64,000 bases of DNA from Amphiscolops sp. MND2022 (Eukaryota): positions 9,362,001 through 9,426,000 of the forward strand of contig OZ076419.1 of assembly GCA_964187785.1 (NCBI GenBank), read 5' to 3'. The position numbers and the translations under genes are program-made. Within the stretch, counting starts at the first letter, position 1. The number at the start of each line of letters is the position of its first letter. The notes beneath the pieces are model-generated. The model was not told where the DNA came from. It made no database searches and worked only from the letters and a program-made list of their open reading frames with translations. Positions 1-11,640 of the stretch are shown piece after piece.

Positions 1-434
1 TCCTGGCTCTCGAGCTGGTGCTAAAATGTCTTTTTGTAAAAATGCTGAAGTTAGTAATATGCCTAAAGTAAGGTTGATCTTGAAAAACACGAAGTCGAGT
101 CCTTCCTACAAGACGCGATGTACTGGGCCCACAGCACGAAGATGAGAAGTGTTCCTGGACGAGGTCCTGTGATGCTAGACGGGGACAAGCCAGAAACCTG
201 GGGAGTGACGTAACGACGACCATGGGTGCATCGAACTTTTCAATACCAAAAATTCGTTCAAAAAAAGGTGGCCAGACATCATGTTCTGTCAAATGACCTG
301 TCAGACAAAAGAGGGCGAGTCGGAGTGAAAACGCCTCGCGAGGCAGCAAGCAAGGAGAACGCGACTAACAGCAAAAAAACGTGCCAAACGCTTTGACATC
401 TCAACATGGGCGATTTTTGTTGCATTTCCTGTAT

Positions 435-971
435 TTTTAGTCGGCGCTTTTCGAAGAAAAACGCAAACTATAGTAGTGACTTTTTTTAAGACCAACGAAC
501 TGACAGATTTTATAAATTTTATACTATTTTACTTAGTAAGTAAGCACTAACACTGCTGTCTGGCACTAACATTGTCTGGCACTAACACTAAACCACACTG
601 GCATAGAGGTTACGGCTTTTTGAGGTCTGCCAAGCGGAAGGACATGGGTTCGAGTCCCGCCCTTGACCAAATTTTTTTGTGTAGATGTTTTTCGGCTTTG
701 TGAGACTTTTTTTCGCAATTTTTTTAATGTCTCCGAAGGGTCCACCCTTCATTTTTTTCCTATTTTGCAAAAGAATGGATGTTGAAAAACAGCCAAAGGG
801 CCCCTTTTACATTTTTCGGTACAATGCGACTTACCAGAAACTTCAAAAAAATTCAAAAAATTTTTGGAAATTTTTTTGGGTACTGTAGAGGAGAGTACTT
901 GACACTTTGAAGTCCTTTTGCTATTTTTGAGCCTTAGATATGGCACCGACTTGGGCCGTTCCCGGCTTGTT
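435..971 (+). mobile_element. Non-autonomous Helentron-type (HINE/DINE-1-like) element, copy 1
   Basis: 5' subterminal repeat TAGTCGGCGC (438-447) after a T run, with a partial inverted copy nearby. The 3' inverted copy GGCACCGACT (942-951) is followed by a hairpin GCCG-TTCC-CGGC and CTTGTT. A short internal tandem TGTCTGGCACTAACA x2 is present. The same ends occur at 2952-3345 and 48551. Confidence 0.65.
599..657 (+). promoter_or_regulatory. tRNA-like Pol III internal promoter (A box and B box) inside the HINE-like element
   Basis: A-box-like TGGCATAGAGG (599-609) and B-box GGTTCGAGTCC (647-657). No complete cloverleaf; an internal T5 run is present. Confidence 0.5.
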
Positions 972-2951
972 AATAGTTGCCAGTCAAAGCAAAGTTTACA
1001 GACTGGCAGTTTACCAGGCCAAAAACAATAAATTGTTTCAAAAACGGCAAGCAAAGTGTTTTGCTTGGTTTTAGTTTTACTTGGTCAAAATCCAATATGG
1101 CTGCAGTATCGAGTTGGAAAGTTTCAAGTCCCATCTCATGTTTCGATCTTGAAATAGTGATACTTCTTAAGAGTATCTTGGTAAAAATCCGGAGATTCAT
1201 CGCAGCCAAGAGTCTCCTGTTGCATCTGTTGGTTCTTAGGGCTGTATACCTTAACTGCGATAGATACCTTTGTTACTCAGTTTCAGCATTTTGCGACTAC
1301 GAATGAATTCAACGTCTTTGAAATTTTTCGAAAATAGAAAAAACTTTGTTATGGTTTGCTGGATTATATTTTTCTTGTGAATTGTTTTGTAATAACTAAC
1401 ATTTTGTTTTCAATACCTCAACTTTTTGGGTAACTGGGAAACCAGGAATGTTCGTTTCGTAGCAGGTGCATACAGTGTAGTTATTTTATTCATGCAATAG
1501 TTTGCGGGATCGGTTTGCTTAAAATGGCAAATTATCAGTTTTGAATTCAAATTAATCACAGTTTTGGTTATTATCAAGTTCTCTATTGTCGAAGCTCGTA
1601 AGACCTTAGTTCCTCTAACACATTGCGAATGAAGCAAAAATGTATAACTGTGGAGATTACAAAACACTGTCATTAGATTGTGGGTAGGTTTCGTCTGGAT
1701 TCGTTTCAGAGGGGAAGGCCAATATTCTATGTTTAATTTCTCTAAAACAAATTGTAAAACAATACAGACATATTGTAATACACACCTAATTTTCAAACAG
1801 AAGAATCTTTGTTAATGCTGTAATCTGATTGGCTTAAATTTGAAATCAAATTGAATTCATATTGATACTTTTTTTGATAATTTTTCACATATTGACGATA
1901 ACCTCCCTACACATGAGCAATTAACAGATGCTGAAATTATGAATGAGGTGATACCAGAAGTTGTAGTATCGCTAAATTTCGGTCCCAGGTGCTTTATTTG
2001 TGAATATTCTCTCTTGTTAGTTCGGATTTTCAGAGATATTGTAATGTTTGACATGGCAGGTTCCTATTTCACATGATATTTCGTCAATATAATGCATTTT
2101 AGCTAATTGACGTTTTTGAACCTCGGAAGTATGTAGGAAGTCGTAGGAACCTTACGATTGGTTTTTACCTGCTTGTGGGGCGTATCCGGACTATGAGAGT
2201 GCCGGCACGTCGCCTCGGAGCTCTAACATGAGGAACATTGTCGATGTATGGCAAGTCCCCTAGGAGGTCATTTTGGGATAAAAACTGATGTTTAGATATG
2301 TGGTAAGACCATGGTCTCCTGTCAAAGCATCCTTTTTGCATAATTTTCGATTCGCATAATGACAGACACTGATGATTACATGACTAAGTGAACAACAATG
2401 AACTATTAACATTGTAAAAATGCTGAGGAAGTAGAATAGTTATGATAACTTTATTCTATGAAATAGTTTCTGTAGCCAGGTGGACCGAAGGTCCAATCCG
2501 GCAGATAAATATCACATGAGGCAGCATGCGACAGAAGGTTTCCGGTTTGTAATCAAGTCTTTTTGTTATAATATTTTCATCAATTTTCCAAAAAAATGGT
2601 GGTGGGGGAAAACAGAAAAGAGCCAAAGTTTTGTGTAGATACTCAGCGCGTTGTAGAATCGTGATTTGTTACCTACGGGTTTAACCATGTAATGGCGGAT
2701 CGGAACCGTTGTTTAAGCTACCTTCAAAATCCCACATTGGGTGATCTCACATGGCTCCTGAGTTTGATTCATTCTCTGATTCATTTTGAGGGTTTATTTA
2801 AACAATGTTAAAGCTATCATCGAAACCTTGTAGGCTTTGTGAGGCTTTGATTTCATGTTTTGCAGTCGAAAATTGTTGCAATACTACTCACAATATCACA
2901 TAGTTATAAAACCAGTTGGTTCACAAACAATGGAAAACCTATTGCTAGCTA

Positions 2952-3345
2952 ATTAGTCGGCGCTTTTAAATAAAAGAGCCCGACTATTACAGTCACTCGT
3001 TTTTTTCTTTAAGACAGACTCGAAGCGACGAAGGTTAAAATTAACGTTCAACTACTAAATACAGTACTAAACTACTGGACCGGCAAGGGCAAACGGGGAG
3101 CGCATTTAGGATAGTGCAAAGGGTCCCCCCTTTCAGTTACTCCATTTTTATCGTAAGATACAAAACAGGACGAGACTATAGGGTTTGAGAATTTTCGGCA
3201 CTATGAGACTGGCTCAAAATTCTTATTTTTCGATTTTTCTTTTTTTTCAAAAAACCCAAAGGGTCCCCTCTTTTACTATTTCAAAAAGTTTGAGCTTTTT
3301 GAGCTTTAGATATGGCGCCGACTTTAGACGTTCCCGTCTTGTTTT
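2952..3345 (+). mobile_element. Non-autonomous Helentron-type element, copy 2
   Basis: TAGTCGGCGC (2954-2963) with inverted partner CCGACTA (2980-2986). The 3' end reads GGCGCCGACTT + AGACG-TTCC-CGTCT hairpin + TGTT. Internal AAAGGGTCCCC and TTTTCGGCACTATGAGACT motifs are shared with copy 1. Confidence 0.65.
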
Positions 3346-4189
3346 CTTTTTACATCATTTCACATAAAACGCGGCATTCATTTCAAATGTTTTCATTGAT
3401 AGAATGATGTTTGAGACAATGCGAAAAAAATTGTCAATTGTTTGAGACGCGGCCTGTTTTCTCTCTAATTAAGCATCGATTGTACTTAAGCACTAACGAA
3501 ATCAGCTAGGCACTTAGGCTGGGAAATTGAAAAGGCCGCGTTTTAGATAGGCCAATATTCGATGTTTAATTTCTCCAAAACAAATTTGACAGCATTGGGA
3601 GAACAAAAGGTTTTAACCATTTATAGAACTTACAATCTCAAAAAATATCAAGGATAACATTTGATTCTCTCCATAAACGAGAAGATTGAAAACCCTAAAA
3701 TCTGAAAACTTAAAACTGAAAACCCTTCAAAAAAGCAATAGAATTGAAGTCGAACAGAAGCGGCAGAACGGAACAAGAACATCAGTTGGAACTTTGAAAG
3801 ACGTCCGTTTTTTATTGACGTCAAGAAAATGATCCTTCTCTAGGTTTTAACATACTTTCTCGCTAATTCGAATGCCCTGAGTTCAACAATGACAACGAGA
3901 AGTTGCTCAGACGTTCAAAACAATGATTTTGTTTATCCTATGATTTTATATATCCAACGGAAAACGGAAATAAAGTCTTGACACAGAGTTGTTCTTGTAT
4001 CTTTCTAGATCTAATACTGCAGCTCTGTTAGCGTACCATTAAAGTACTTAGTAATATACGCCATCGGAATCTTCAATTGAATGTATCATCAGAAATAACT
4101 CAGACTAAACAGTACCAAATAAACTGGTAAACTAACTGGTACTTTATTGCGACCAATCCATTTCTTTCCTTCAGTTCATTTCCCTTTAC

Positions 4190-4425
4190 CTTCTGTACTA
4201 ACCCCTACCGGTTCGATACTTCCTATCGGTACACATTTGTTCTACTGCACTAATCAGACTCACGTGCATTGACACACTTGTCGGTCAAACCTTCTTGTGA
4301 ACTAATCACACCAGTGATTCGACATCGTAGTCGGTAAATCACTTCCTTCTTCTGTACTAACCATAGACAAAAAGTGGTTTGACCCCATGTCGGTACATCT
4401 TTTCTACACTAACCAATACACTTTA
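4190..4425 (+). repeat. Degenerate ~50-57 bp tandem array with conserved anchors and variable middles
   Basis: About 5 units of CTTCT..ACTAA(C/T)C-(variable ~20-25 nt)-GTCGGTA. Confidence 0.5.
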
Positions 4426-4464
4426 ATGCACTATGGCATACACAAAGGAACGGTGAATTAAAAC

Positions 4465-6137
4465 CCATCGCATTTGCCAACCGCCACCTGAACGACGCCG
4501 AGAAAAAATATTCCGTCGGTGAACTGGAATTATTAGCAGTGGTCTGGGGCCTTGAACGATTTAGATTCCACCTACACAGAAAACAAGCTCAACTTTTCTG
4601 AGACCATTAGGCATTGGAATCACTACTTTAAAAAAAGTAACAAACAATACAGCGCCCGACTGCTACAGTGGCTAGACAGACGATTTATTTTCAAAATACA
4701 CCACTTTGAAAGAAATCAATTTCAGTAGCCGTTTTCCGACAAAATACTCAAAAACGGAGGAAAATTACGGTGAGGAAACTTGCAACGGTAGTTGGCCGTA
4801 TCGGACGAAGTTTCAACCAATCACGGACAAGACGGCAAGAATGCATGATACGCGCAAGCAAACAACAACCAATCAAGCAGCCAGCACACTCATCTTTAAC
4901 CTACTGCAAATAAATTTAGCTCCCCAAACATCAAGTATCTCCGTTCAAAAACGAGCTACAACAACAATAACCAACAAAACTCGGACAGATTTCCGAAGAA
5001 CGGTAAATTAAAAAACCATTGGGATGCAGACGACCAGATATTGAACATTATCATTCGAAGAGACAATTCTTCTGAAACAAGAGATCTCGTGGAAAAATGA
5101 TTGAACTGAAAAATCCGGCACGATGCAACGTCAGTGGCGCAAAAGTTGACGTCGATAACCGACCGACTATCTTGTTCAATCTGAAGGAATTGATAGCAAC
5201 CGGTGGATTCAGAAGAAACGAGCATCCCGACCCGAAAACACTGAAAGACGCGAGGACTGCTGAAAAAAAGAAGAAACAGCCACGGAGCGAGAAAGGCCAG
5301 TTCACAAGCACCGAATAATCGGCGGAAAAACCGATGGAACTCGACTTAATCATCGTGTCAAAAGAAGATGTTTACAACTGTTATCATAACAGCGACGAGA
5401 AACCATTCCATACAAATATCGAAGACGAAGTGCAGGTACTACCGAAGGAGATAAACTTCACTTCGGAGACAGGTATAAAGTCTGAACATATATATAACGA
5501 ACCGCACCAACCGGTGAGAAAAAAAAAGAAAATATCGCATACGCAGGAAAAATAACCATACGCAGGAAAAAAGCGAAAACTAGGCGGTGTACAATAATGA
5601 ACAAGTATTTTTTGATCGAAAACTACTAAAAACCTTTACGTATTACAGGAAAGCAGAACAACTAGCCGAGGACAAGCAGTAGTGAAGAGTCACAAAGCCG
5701 TTGTCCAGAGACAGTTTAAACCAAAAGGCGGTGCTATCATTCAGTCGGTAAACTTATTTGGTTGATGGGGTCCCTAATTGTAGGAAAGCCTTCTCCTTGT
5801 ACATGTTAATCGGGAATGGGTAGAGACACTATAATGAACGAACCTACTTCACAATATATTTTCATTAGTCGGTCTCAGAAAAGAGGTTGACAAATTAAAT
5901 TGCGAAAATCTTCGCAGCAGGGGATATCAAAATTTAATTGGACCAATTACATTGCCAATTAATTGCAATCAACTAATTGATTTTTGGCTTTTTACAATTA
6001 CAATTGATGGAATGAACGTTAGCCAATTAATTGCAATGTAAGTGTAAAAATTAATATGCTATAAACTGCTGTCCATCCATCCAGTCGATATAGCTTAAGC
6101 GATATAGCCAAAGTTACAATTGTAACTTGAAACGTCA
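4465..6137 (+). mobile_element. Decayed Ty3/Gypsy remnant (RNase H fragment, downstream pol debris, candidate PPT and LTR)
   Basis: 4465-4690 translates to FANRHLNDAEKKYSVGELELLAVVWGLERFRFHL...YSARL.QWLDR with stops, a Gypsy RNase H signature. Purine run AGAAAAGAGG (5877-5886) precedes a TGAC...GTCA segment (5888-6137) that may be an LTR. Confidence 0.65.
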
Positions 6138-6470
6138 AAGACTGAGTTGCAATATATGTGTACCAAGTTCCTTTTGCCAACCTCTATTATAGTAGAAAGA
6201 TTTTTTAGCCTTTGAACGATTTCAACGATTTCAGACAGGCGCTGAATCCTTCAAAAGGGTCCTATGTTTCAAGTATAGGATCTAATTTTTCTAGACATAC
6301 CGTTCTTCAAGTAATAATGGTCGCGGGCAGTTTTGAGTTTTATTAATTAAAATTATTTTCGAATTAATCTGAAAATTGTTTTTCTGGAACTGTTCGGTCG
6401 TTTGTTTGTACCAAAAATGCCCATATTTTACAGTAATAAGCTTTTTAAATTTTAGTTTTGACTCGGTTCG

Positions 6471-6778
6471 TGTTAGAGTTTAAGGTTGTTACTGATGTGT
6501 AACTAATGTTAATACTCTGCTTTCTTTAGGTAAGTAAAGAGCGAAGGCAAGAGTGTATTCTGACGTTGAAAGACCATGTGGCAAACATGTCGAGGCTTCG
6601 ACTACGAAGGTCTATGATGTTGCTGGTATACAATTTGGCAACATTTACAAACATTACTATAAACATAATAAACATAATTGTATTGTCAATCAACTGTCAA
6701 TTAGTTCAATTACTTGCTTTCTAGTTCTAATGTTCATTTGAGTTGCTTTCTTCTATGTTCTTTTGCTACCCTGCCACA
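6471..6778 (-). repeat. 3' LTR of element C
   Basis: Minus strand TGTGGCAG...CTAACA, preceded by the PPT and matching 10966-11267. Confidence 0.85.
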
Positions 6779-7779
6779 CTCCCCTTTGTTGATATCAGAC
6801 TCTGGCGTGATTAGCTCTTTCTGTAAATACTGAACGCAAAAATAGTAGTGTGCTGTGGGCTAGTTGTTTTTGCTGTAATTTCTCAGTTTGTTTCATCAGT
6901 GGATAGGCAGATGAGTTCTGGTGCTTTGTCGTTCTCTTCTTGTTGTACTTCGCAAATCAATAAAGGGTGTCCGAAGTAGTTGGGTGCAGTTCTGCTCCGT
7001 TGTGGTTGTTCTTTATTTGTGATTCGGCCACTCTTCATCTCCTCACTTTTTTCTTGTGTGTCTTGGGGTTCTTATTTGGGTTTTTCCCACGAGACTGTTG
7101 CTTTTAGTGTGTTTTGGTGTTTTCGTTTTCCCATTTGTTTTTGCTCCTCTTCTTCGCACTCATCTTCCATTAATTGTTCCCAATTTGCAAGTCTGTGGAA
7201 CAGCTTTGGTAGTTGCTTCTTCGTTTGTTGTTTGCCCTTTGTTTGTTTCTGTGTTTGCTTCGAAGTTGTTGCTTCGTTTAGTTCTGGGCCTTCACTGTGG
7301 TCGCTGTTTGTGCGCGGGCTACTTCGCGTTTGCTAAATCATTTGGTGTCCCGTTTGTTTCTTTCTTTCATCGTGATGGTGTGCTCGTCTCTTTTGTGAAG
7401 ACCCCTTTTCGTCTTTTGTAGGTGCTCGCCATCTTTGCCCCCGTGCTTTTTCTCTGACCATTATTTCAGAGTCTTGATCCGGTGGGAAGTTTCTCATCTC
7501 CAATTCGAATGTCTTGTTGTTTTCTGACACATTGTAGTTTTTCGATTTTGTAGTTATAATATCTTTTGAAGTAGTTAGTTTTCTTCCAATATAGTGTTCT
7601 GCCGTTGAAAAATTGTCATTCTTTTGAAGCGTTTCTTAGTGTGTATAGTAGTTCTGAGAGGCCCGTGTTATCTTTGTCTAGTGCTATTTTCTTGTTAGTG
7701 CGTAGTCGTTTGTTTTTTTTTAATTAACCTCTCACTTTACCGTTACCTCTATGATCTGTTATTGGGCACTTCACGTGTT

Positions 7780-7990
7780 TTATGCAGTATTCTCAAAAAA
7801 GTTTTTGATTCTTTTACTGGTAACTTCTGTTCCGGGATCTGTGAGAATTTGTCGTGGGATGCCGTTTTCGGCGATTAATCTTGTTAGGAATTCTAGTACT
7901 TTTTCAGTTGTGGGAGTTCTCTCTCTCAAAAATTTTGATTGTGTTAATCGTTCTGTTATTATTGGCTTGTGCACTCTTGCTTCGTTAGTC
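7780..7990 (-). pseudogene. Integrase core fragment of element C
   Basis: ..RERTPTTEKVLEFLTRLIAENGIPRQILTDPGT..: GIPxxIxTDxG integrase core motif; the rest is deleted. Confidence 0.7.
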
Positions 7991-8399
7991 GTTCCAACTT
8001 AATATGAACCATTGTCGTCCTCTGATTGTCCACTGAATTCTTGTGCTAAAATGCTATTCACATTATTTACATGATTCACAGTGAAACAGTTGTTCCACAG
8101 TTCTGCTGCTTTCACACTTTCTCCTTCAATTTGAGAAAGGTGTCTTAATAAGTAATCTGCTTTAACAATTGGTCGTCTTGGGGCGTGGAAGATTTCAAAA
8201 TCGAATGGTAGTAGACGATTAACTCATCGGGTTAATCGGTTTGAGTATGTTTTGTTGTTTTTATTACTTTTAAACACTGTTGCCAGTGCTTATGATCTGA
8301 TACAACTTGGAATTTAATTCCGTATAAGTAGTTTTTGAAAAGTTCTACTGCCCAGACAACAGCTAGTAGTTCCAATTTGTTTTTGGAATATTTATCTTT

Positions 8400-9330
8400 T
8401 AAGGGTGTTAAAAATCTTGACGCTAAGTGGATTGGTCTCCATCCTATTTCGTCCTTTTGTTGTAATACCGCGCCTAAGCCGGCATTACTGGCGTCACATA
8501 CTATTCTAAATGGGCTGCTTCTTTTGAAATGTCCAACCTCAGCAACTTTTGTATTTGTTTATCAATTTCCTTAAACCCTTTATCATGAATTTCTTCCATT
8601 TCCACGTTTGATCTTTCTTTGGTAGTGGTCGTAATTTATAGCATAGTTAAGCTAATTTAGGGATGAATCTATTCATCTGATTTACAGCTCCCAAATACGA
8701 CCTTAATTCTTTCAGAATCCTTGGTTTCAAGTTTTCCGTTATTGCTTGGACTCTTGAATTGACTGGGCTAAGTCCGGTCTGCGTTAGCTTGTTTCCGAGC
8801 CATTCGATATCATTTTGTGCGAAGTTGCACTTTTCCCCTTTCAGTCGTACGTTCGCTTATCTAGTCTTTCTAATACTTGTGTTACTGCTTTATAATGATT
8901 CTCTTCTGTTCCGTTCGTGACAACTAATATGTCGTCATGAAACAAGAACGTGTGTGGTAAATTTGCTAAATCGTTGTCCATTGCCTTCTGGAATTCAGTG
9001 GGCATTACCGTTAATCCGTAGAAACCTGTTATGAATCTGTTCCCGTCGTTTTTCCCCTACTATCTGAAACTTGCATTGTTTCGTAGTTTCTTCATCGAGT
9101 GGTACCTGTCCATATGCGTGTTGCATATCTAATGATGTATACCAGCCGTTTCCGTTGCTTGTTTTGTCTAGTTAATCCGCTACCATATCAATTAGATGCT
9201 CAAAATTTGGCGTCTGATATTCATCTTTTAATAATTCGTTGTTTTGTGCTCTTGCGTCAAGTGCTATTCTATACACATTTGTCGCGTTTCACAGTAAAAA
9301 CAACCGGTTGTAGGAATTGTTTATCTATTA
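8400..9330 (-). pseudogene. Reverse transcriptase / RNase H start of element C, frameshifted
   Basis: Minus-strand translation gives FYGLTVMPTEFQKAMD, a xDDILVV remnant (~8926-8945) and KCNFAQNDIEWLGNKLTQTGLSP..ELRSYLGAVNQMNRFIPKL. Confidence 0.8.
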
Positions 9331-9332
9331 CT

Positions 9333-10900
9333 TCAGTAACTTTTTCTGTATGACCTTCTTCTAATAGTCTTTCTACTTCCTTTTGGACTGTCTCTTGTGA
9401 TTGTATCGGACTTCTTCTTCCCTTTTTGTTTCGTTACTTTTAGTTCAGTTTTAAATTCTATTTTTACTTCGTGACCGTTTAGGCGTCGTTGTCTTGTGAA
9501 CAATGGTTTAAATTGTTCCTTTATTTCAGTTTGTTCGTTAGTTTCATTGTGAAAGTTTATTTTACTGTTATTACTTAATTCACTCGTTTTGTTTGGTTTA
9601 GCTTGTCGTTCCGATTTTGGATTAATTTTGTGAATAGCTGGTTTACCTTCTTTGTGATTGGGTGAGAAAAACTTGTCGTTGAAGGTGTTCAACCAATCAC
9701 GTCCAATTAGTGATTTTGTTCCCTTCTCTGCAACAAATATTCGAGCCTTTTGTAGTTTGCTGTTGCCAACTTCCAGTTGACAGAATATGTCTCCCAATAG
9801 GTTCAATTTCCGTCTGTTAAAGTCGGCGTATTCTTCATCACTGGGTGATTCTCGAATGAATAGCGTCTTTTTTCTTGACTTCTTTATCTCATCCACTCCA
9901 AAAGTCACTGGTGAACCAAAGTCCACCATTGGTGTGAATGGCTTGCTGTTTATCCGTCCTGCCATCGTAAATTGCCCATTTTTGTCACCAGTGATTGTTA
10001 GTACAATCTTTTCATCGTCTCTTATTGATTCATTGCCATCACTGCTATCATCCCATTCATCAATGCGTTGTATTTTTTGTGGTGCTCTAGCCACCTTCCA
10101 ATTTTTGACAAAACTTCCAGCACCTTTAGTTTGGCAGCATTTTGCAAAATGGTCTTTCTTTCCGAACTTCATGCAGGTTATTTCAATGGCTTTACCTTCT
10201 TTCAGGTGTTGGGGTGTAAATATTCATTTGCATCTGAAACTTCTTCGGTGGTCCCCATCTTTTGTTATTTAGATATACGTTGTTTCTTGCATTTACTTCG
10301 GTTTTGATTAGAGGCTTGTCCAGTTGGTCGAAGGATTGTTGCCGGATGGTTCCTTCTTCGTATGCTATTGCGAATCGGATATTTTCTGCCACTGTTGATT
10401 TTGGATCAGTACACAACTTTTGCTGGTCGTCCTTATTCATCATATTCACTATGAAGACGTACTTCACCAAACTTTCGGTAATTTGTCCAAAGTTACATTT
10501 TGCAGCTAGTCCATTTAACTCATTCCAAAACTGTCTGAGTGTTTCTCCTTCTTTTTTGTTTTCTGCTCAAAAACTTGAATCTTTCTAGAGTTACGTTTTT
10601 AGGTTTCCCGAAGCAATCGTTGCAGTTCTTGAGTAGATCAGTGAAGCTAATTCTGGCAATGTTGGTGTTTGGGAACTTGTCTGCAATTGTCTTGCGAGCT
10701 GCTGACACTAATGCCAAGTATAGAATACTAATTACTTTCTTTGCAGCTGGTATCTCGTCTAAATCCCCCAACAGGCTTTTGTCCTTCGTTCCAGTCGTTT
10801 TGTGAGCTCGTTGATTGAAATACAAATCTTTGCCATAAGAGCAACTTCAAATAAATCAAGCAATTTTCCCATTCTAACTGGGGTTGTTTTGAGGCTTCAC
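9333..10900 (-). pseudogene. gag-protease of element C, broken into several ORF pieces
   Basis: ORFs 10520-10825, 10192-10470 and 9333-10172 give a Mag-type gag (ERFKFLSRKQ, FWNELNGLAAKCNF), a CCHC remnant (GKKDHFAKCC) and a protease region (MVDFGSPVT...LIGRDWL). Confidence 0.75.
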
Positions 10901-10965
10901 GCCAAAAGCTTGGAAGTCCTGCGATTGCCTGTGATCCACCTGTCGAATGTTCGGATCGCAGCGCA

Positions 10966-11267
10966 TGTTTAAGGTTGTTACTGAAGTGTAACTAATGTTA
11001 ATACTCTGCTTTCTTTAGGTAAGTAAAGAGCGAAGGCAAGAATGTATTCTGACGTTGAAAGACCATGTGGCAAACGTGTCGAGGCTTCGACTACGAAGGT
11101 CTATAATGTTGCTGGTATACAATTTGGCAATATTTACAAACATTACTATAAACATAATAAACATAATTGTATTGTCAATCAACTGTCAATTAGTTCAATT
11201 ACTTGCTTTCTAGTTTTAATGTTCATATAAGTTTCTTTCTTCTATGTTCTTTTGCTGCCCTGCCACA
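10966..11267 (-). repeat. 5' LTR of element C
   Basis: Direct repeat of 6471-6778, about 6 nt shorter at the PBS side. Followed on the minus strand by a degenerate PBS-like TG-CGCTGCGA. Confidence 0.85.
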
Positions 11268-11334
11268 GTTCGTGAAGTTTCTTTCCTTCATTCTTAGCCA
11301 AAAAGGACTGTTCAATTTTAGAAAATACTTTCAA

Positions 11335-11640
11335 CATGGTCTAGAGGTTAGCATTTGCGTACTGCTTGCCTTAGCTTTGGAAACAGACGTGTTTTGTTTC
11401 GAATCCTCCACGGAACTAAATTTTCCACACTTTGTAAAAAGGAACAAGACCGAAGTGCCTTTTTACTTTTTTCGACACTCTGCGATATTTTTCAGAAAAG
11501 TTTAACATATTAAGTGCATCCAGGAATTTCAAAAATTCCGCCTGTTTATTTTACAAGTTCACGAAAATAAAAAACACACTGAACCAAAGGCGACCTTGTT
11601 TCTTTTCGGCACTGTGCGATTTTCATAGATCTTTTTATAT
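11335..11640 (+). repeat. Diverged fragment related to the tRNA-box-bearing HINE-like family
   Basis: TGGTCTAGAGGTTAGC (A-box-like) and GTTTCGAATCC (B-box-like), followed by TTTTTCGACACTCTGCGA and TTTTCGGCACTGTGCGA motifs like those in 435-971. Confidence 0.4.

Larger units (their letters stand above)
6471..11267 (-). mobile_element. Decayed Ty3/Gypsy LTR retrotransposon (Mag-like), element C
   Basis: Two ~300-bp direct repeats (6471-6778 and 10966-11267, ~96% identical by eye). Perfect 5-bp TSD GTTCG (6466-6470 and 11268-11272). PPT AAAGGGGAG on the minus strand at 6779-6787. Gag, protease, RT and integrase fragments lie on the minus strand. Confidence 0.9.

Noticed and set aside
1-434. Possible coding or TE end at the window start
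   Set aside because: Only short frames with no recognisable motif; cannot be interpreted without upstream sequence.
599-670. Functional tRNA gene
   Set aside because: It has A and B boxes but no closed cloverleaf, and an internal T5 Pol III terminator; kept only as a tRNA-derived promoter remnant.
4190-4425. CRISPR array
   Set aside because: The repeats are too degenerate and split into two short anchors; no leader or cas genes.
6553-6741. 62-aa ORF present twice (also 11042-11230)
   Set aside because: Duplicated only because it sits in the LTRs of element C; no domain signal, non-ATG start in one copy, and antisense to the element.
6980-7421. Hydrophobic Cys/Phe/Val-rich ORFs resembling membrane proteins
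   Set aside because: Antisense reads of the A-rich, low-complexity region after integrase in element C.
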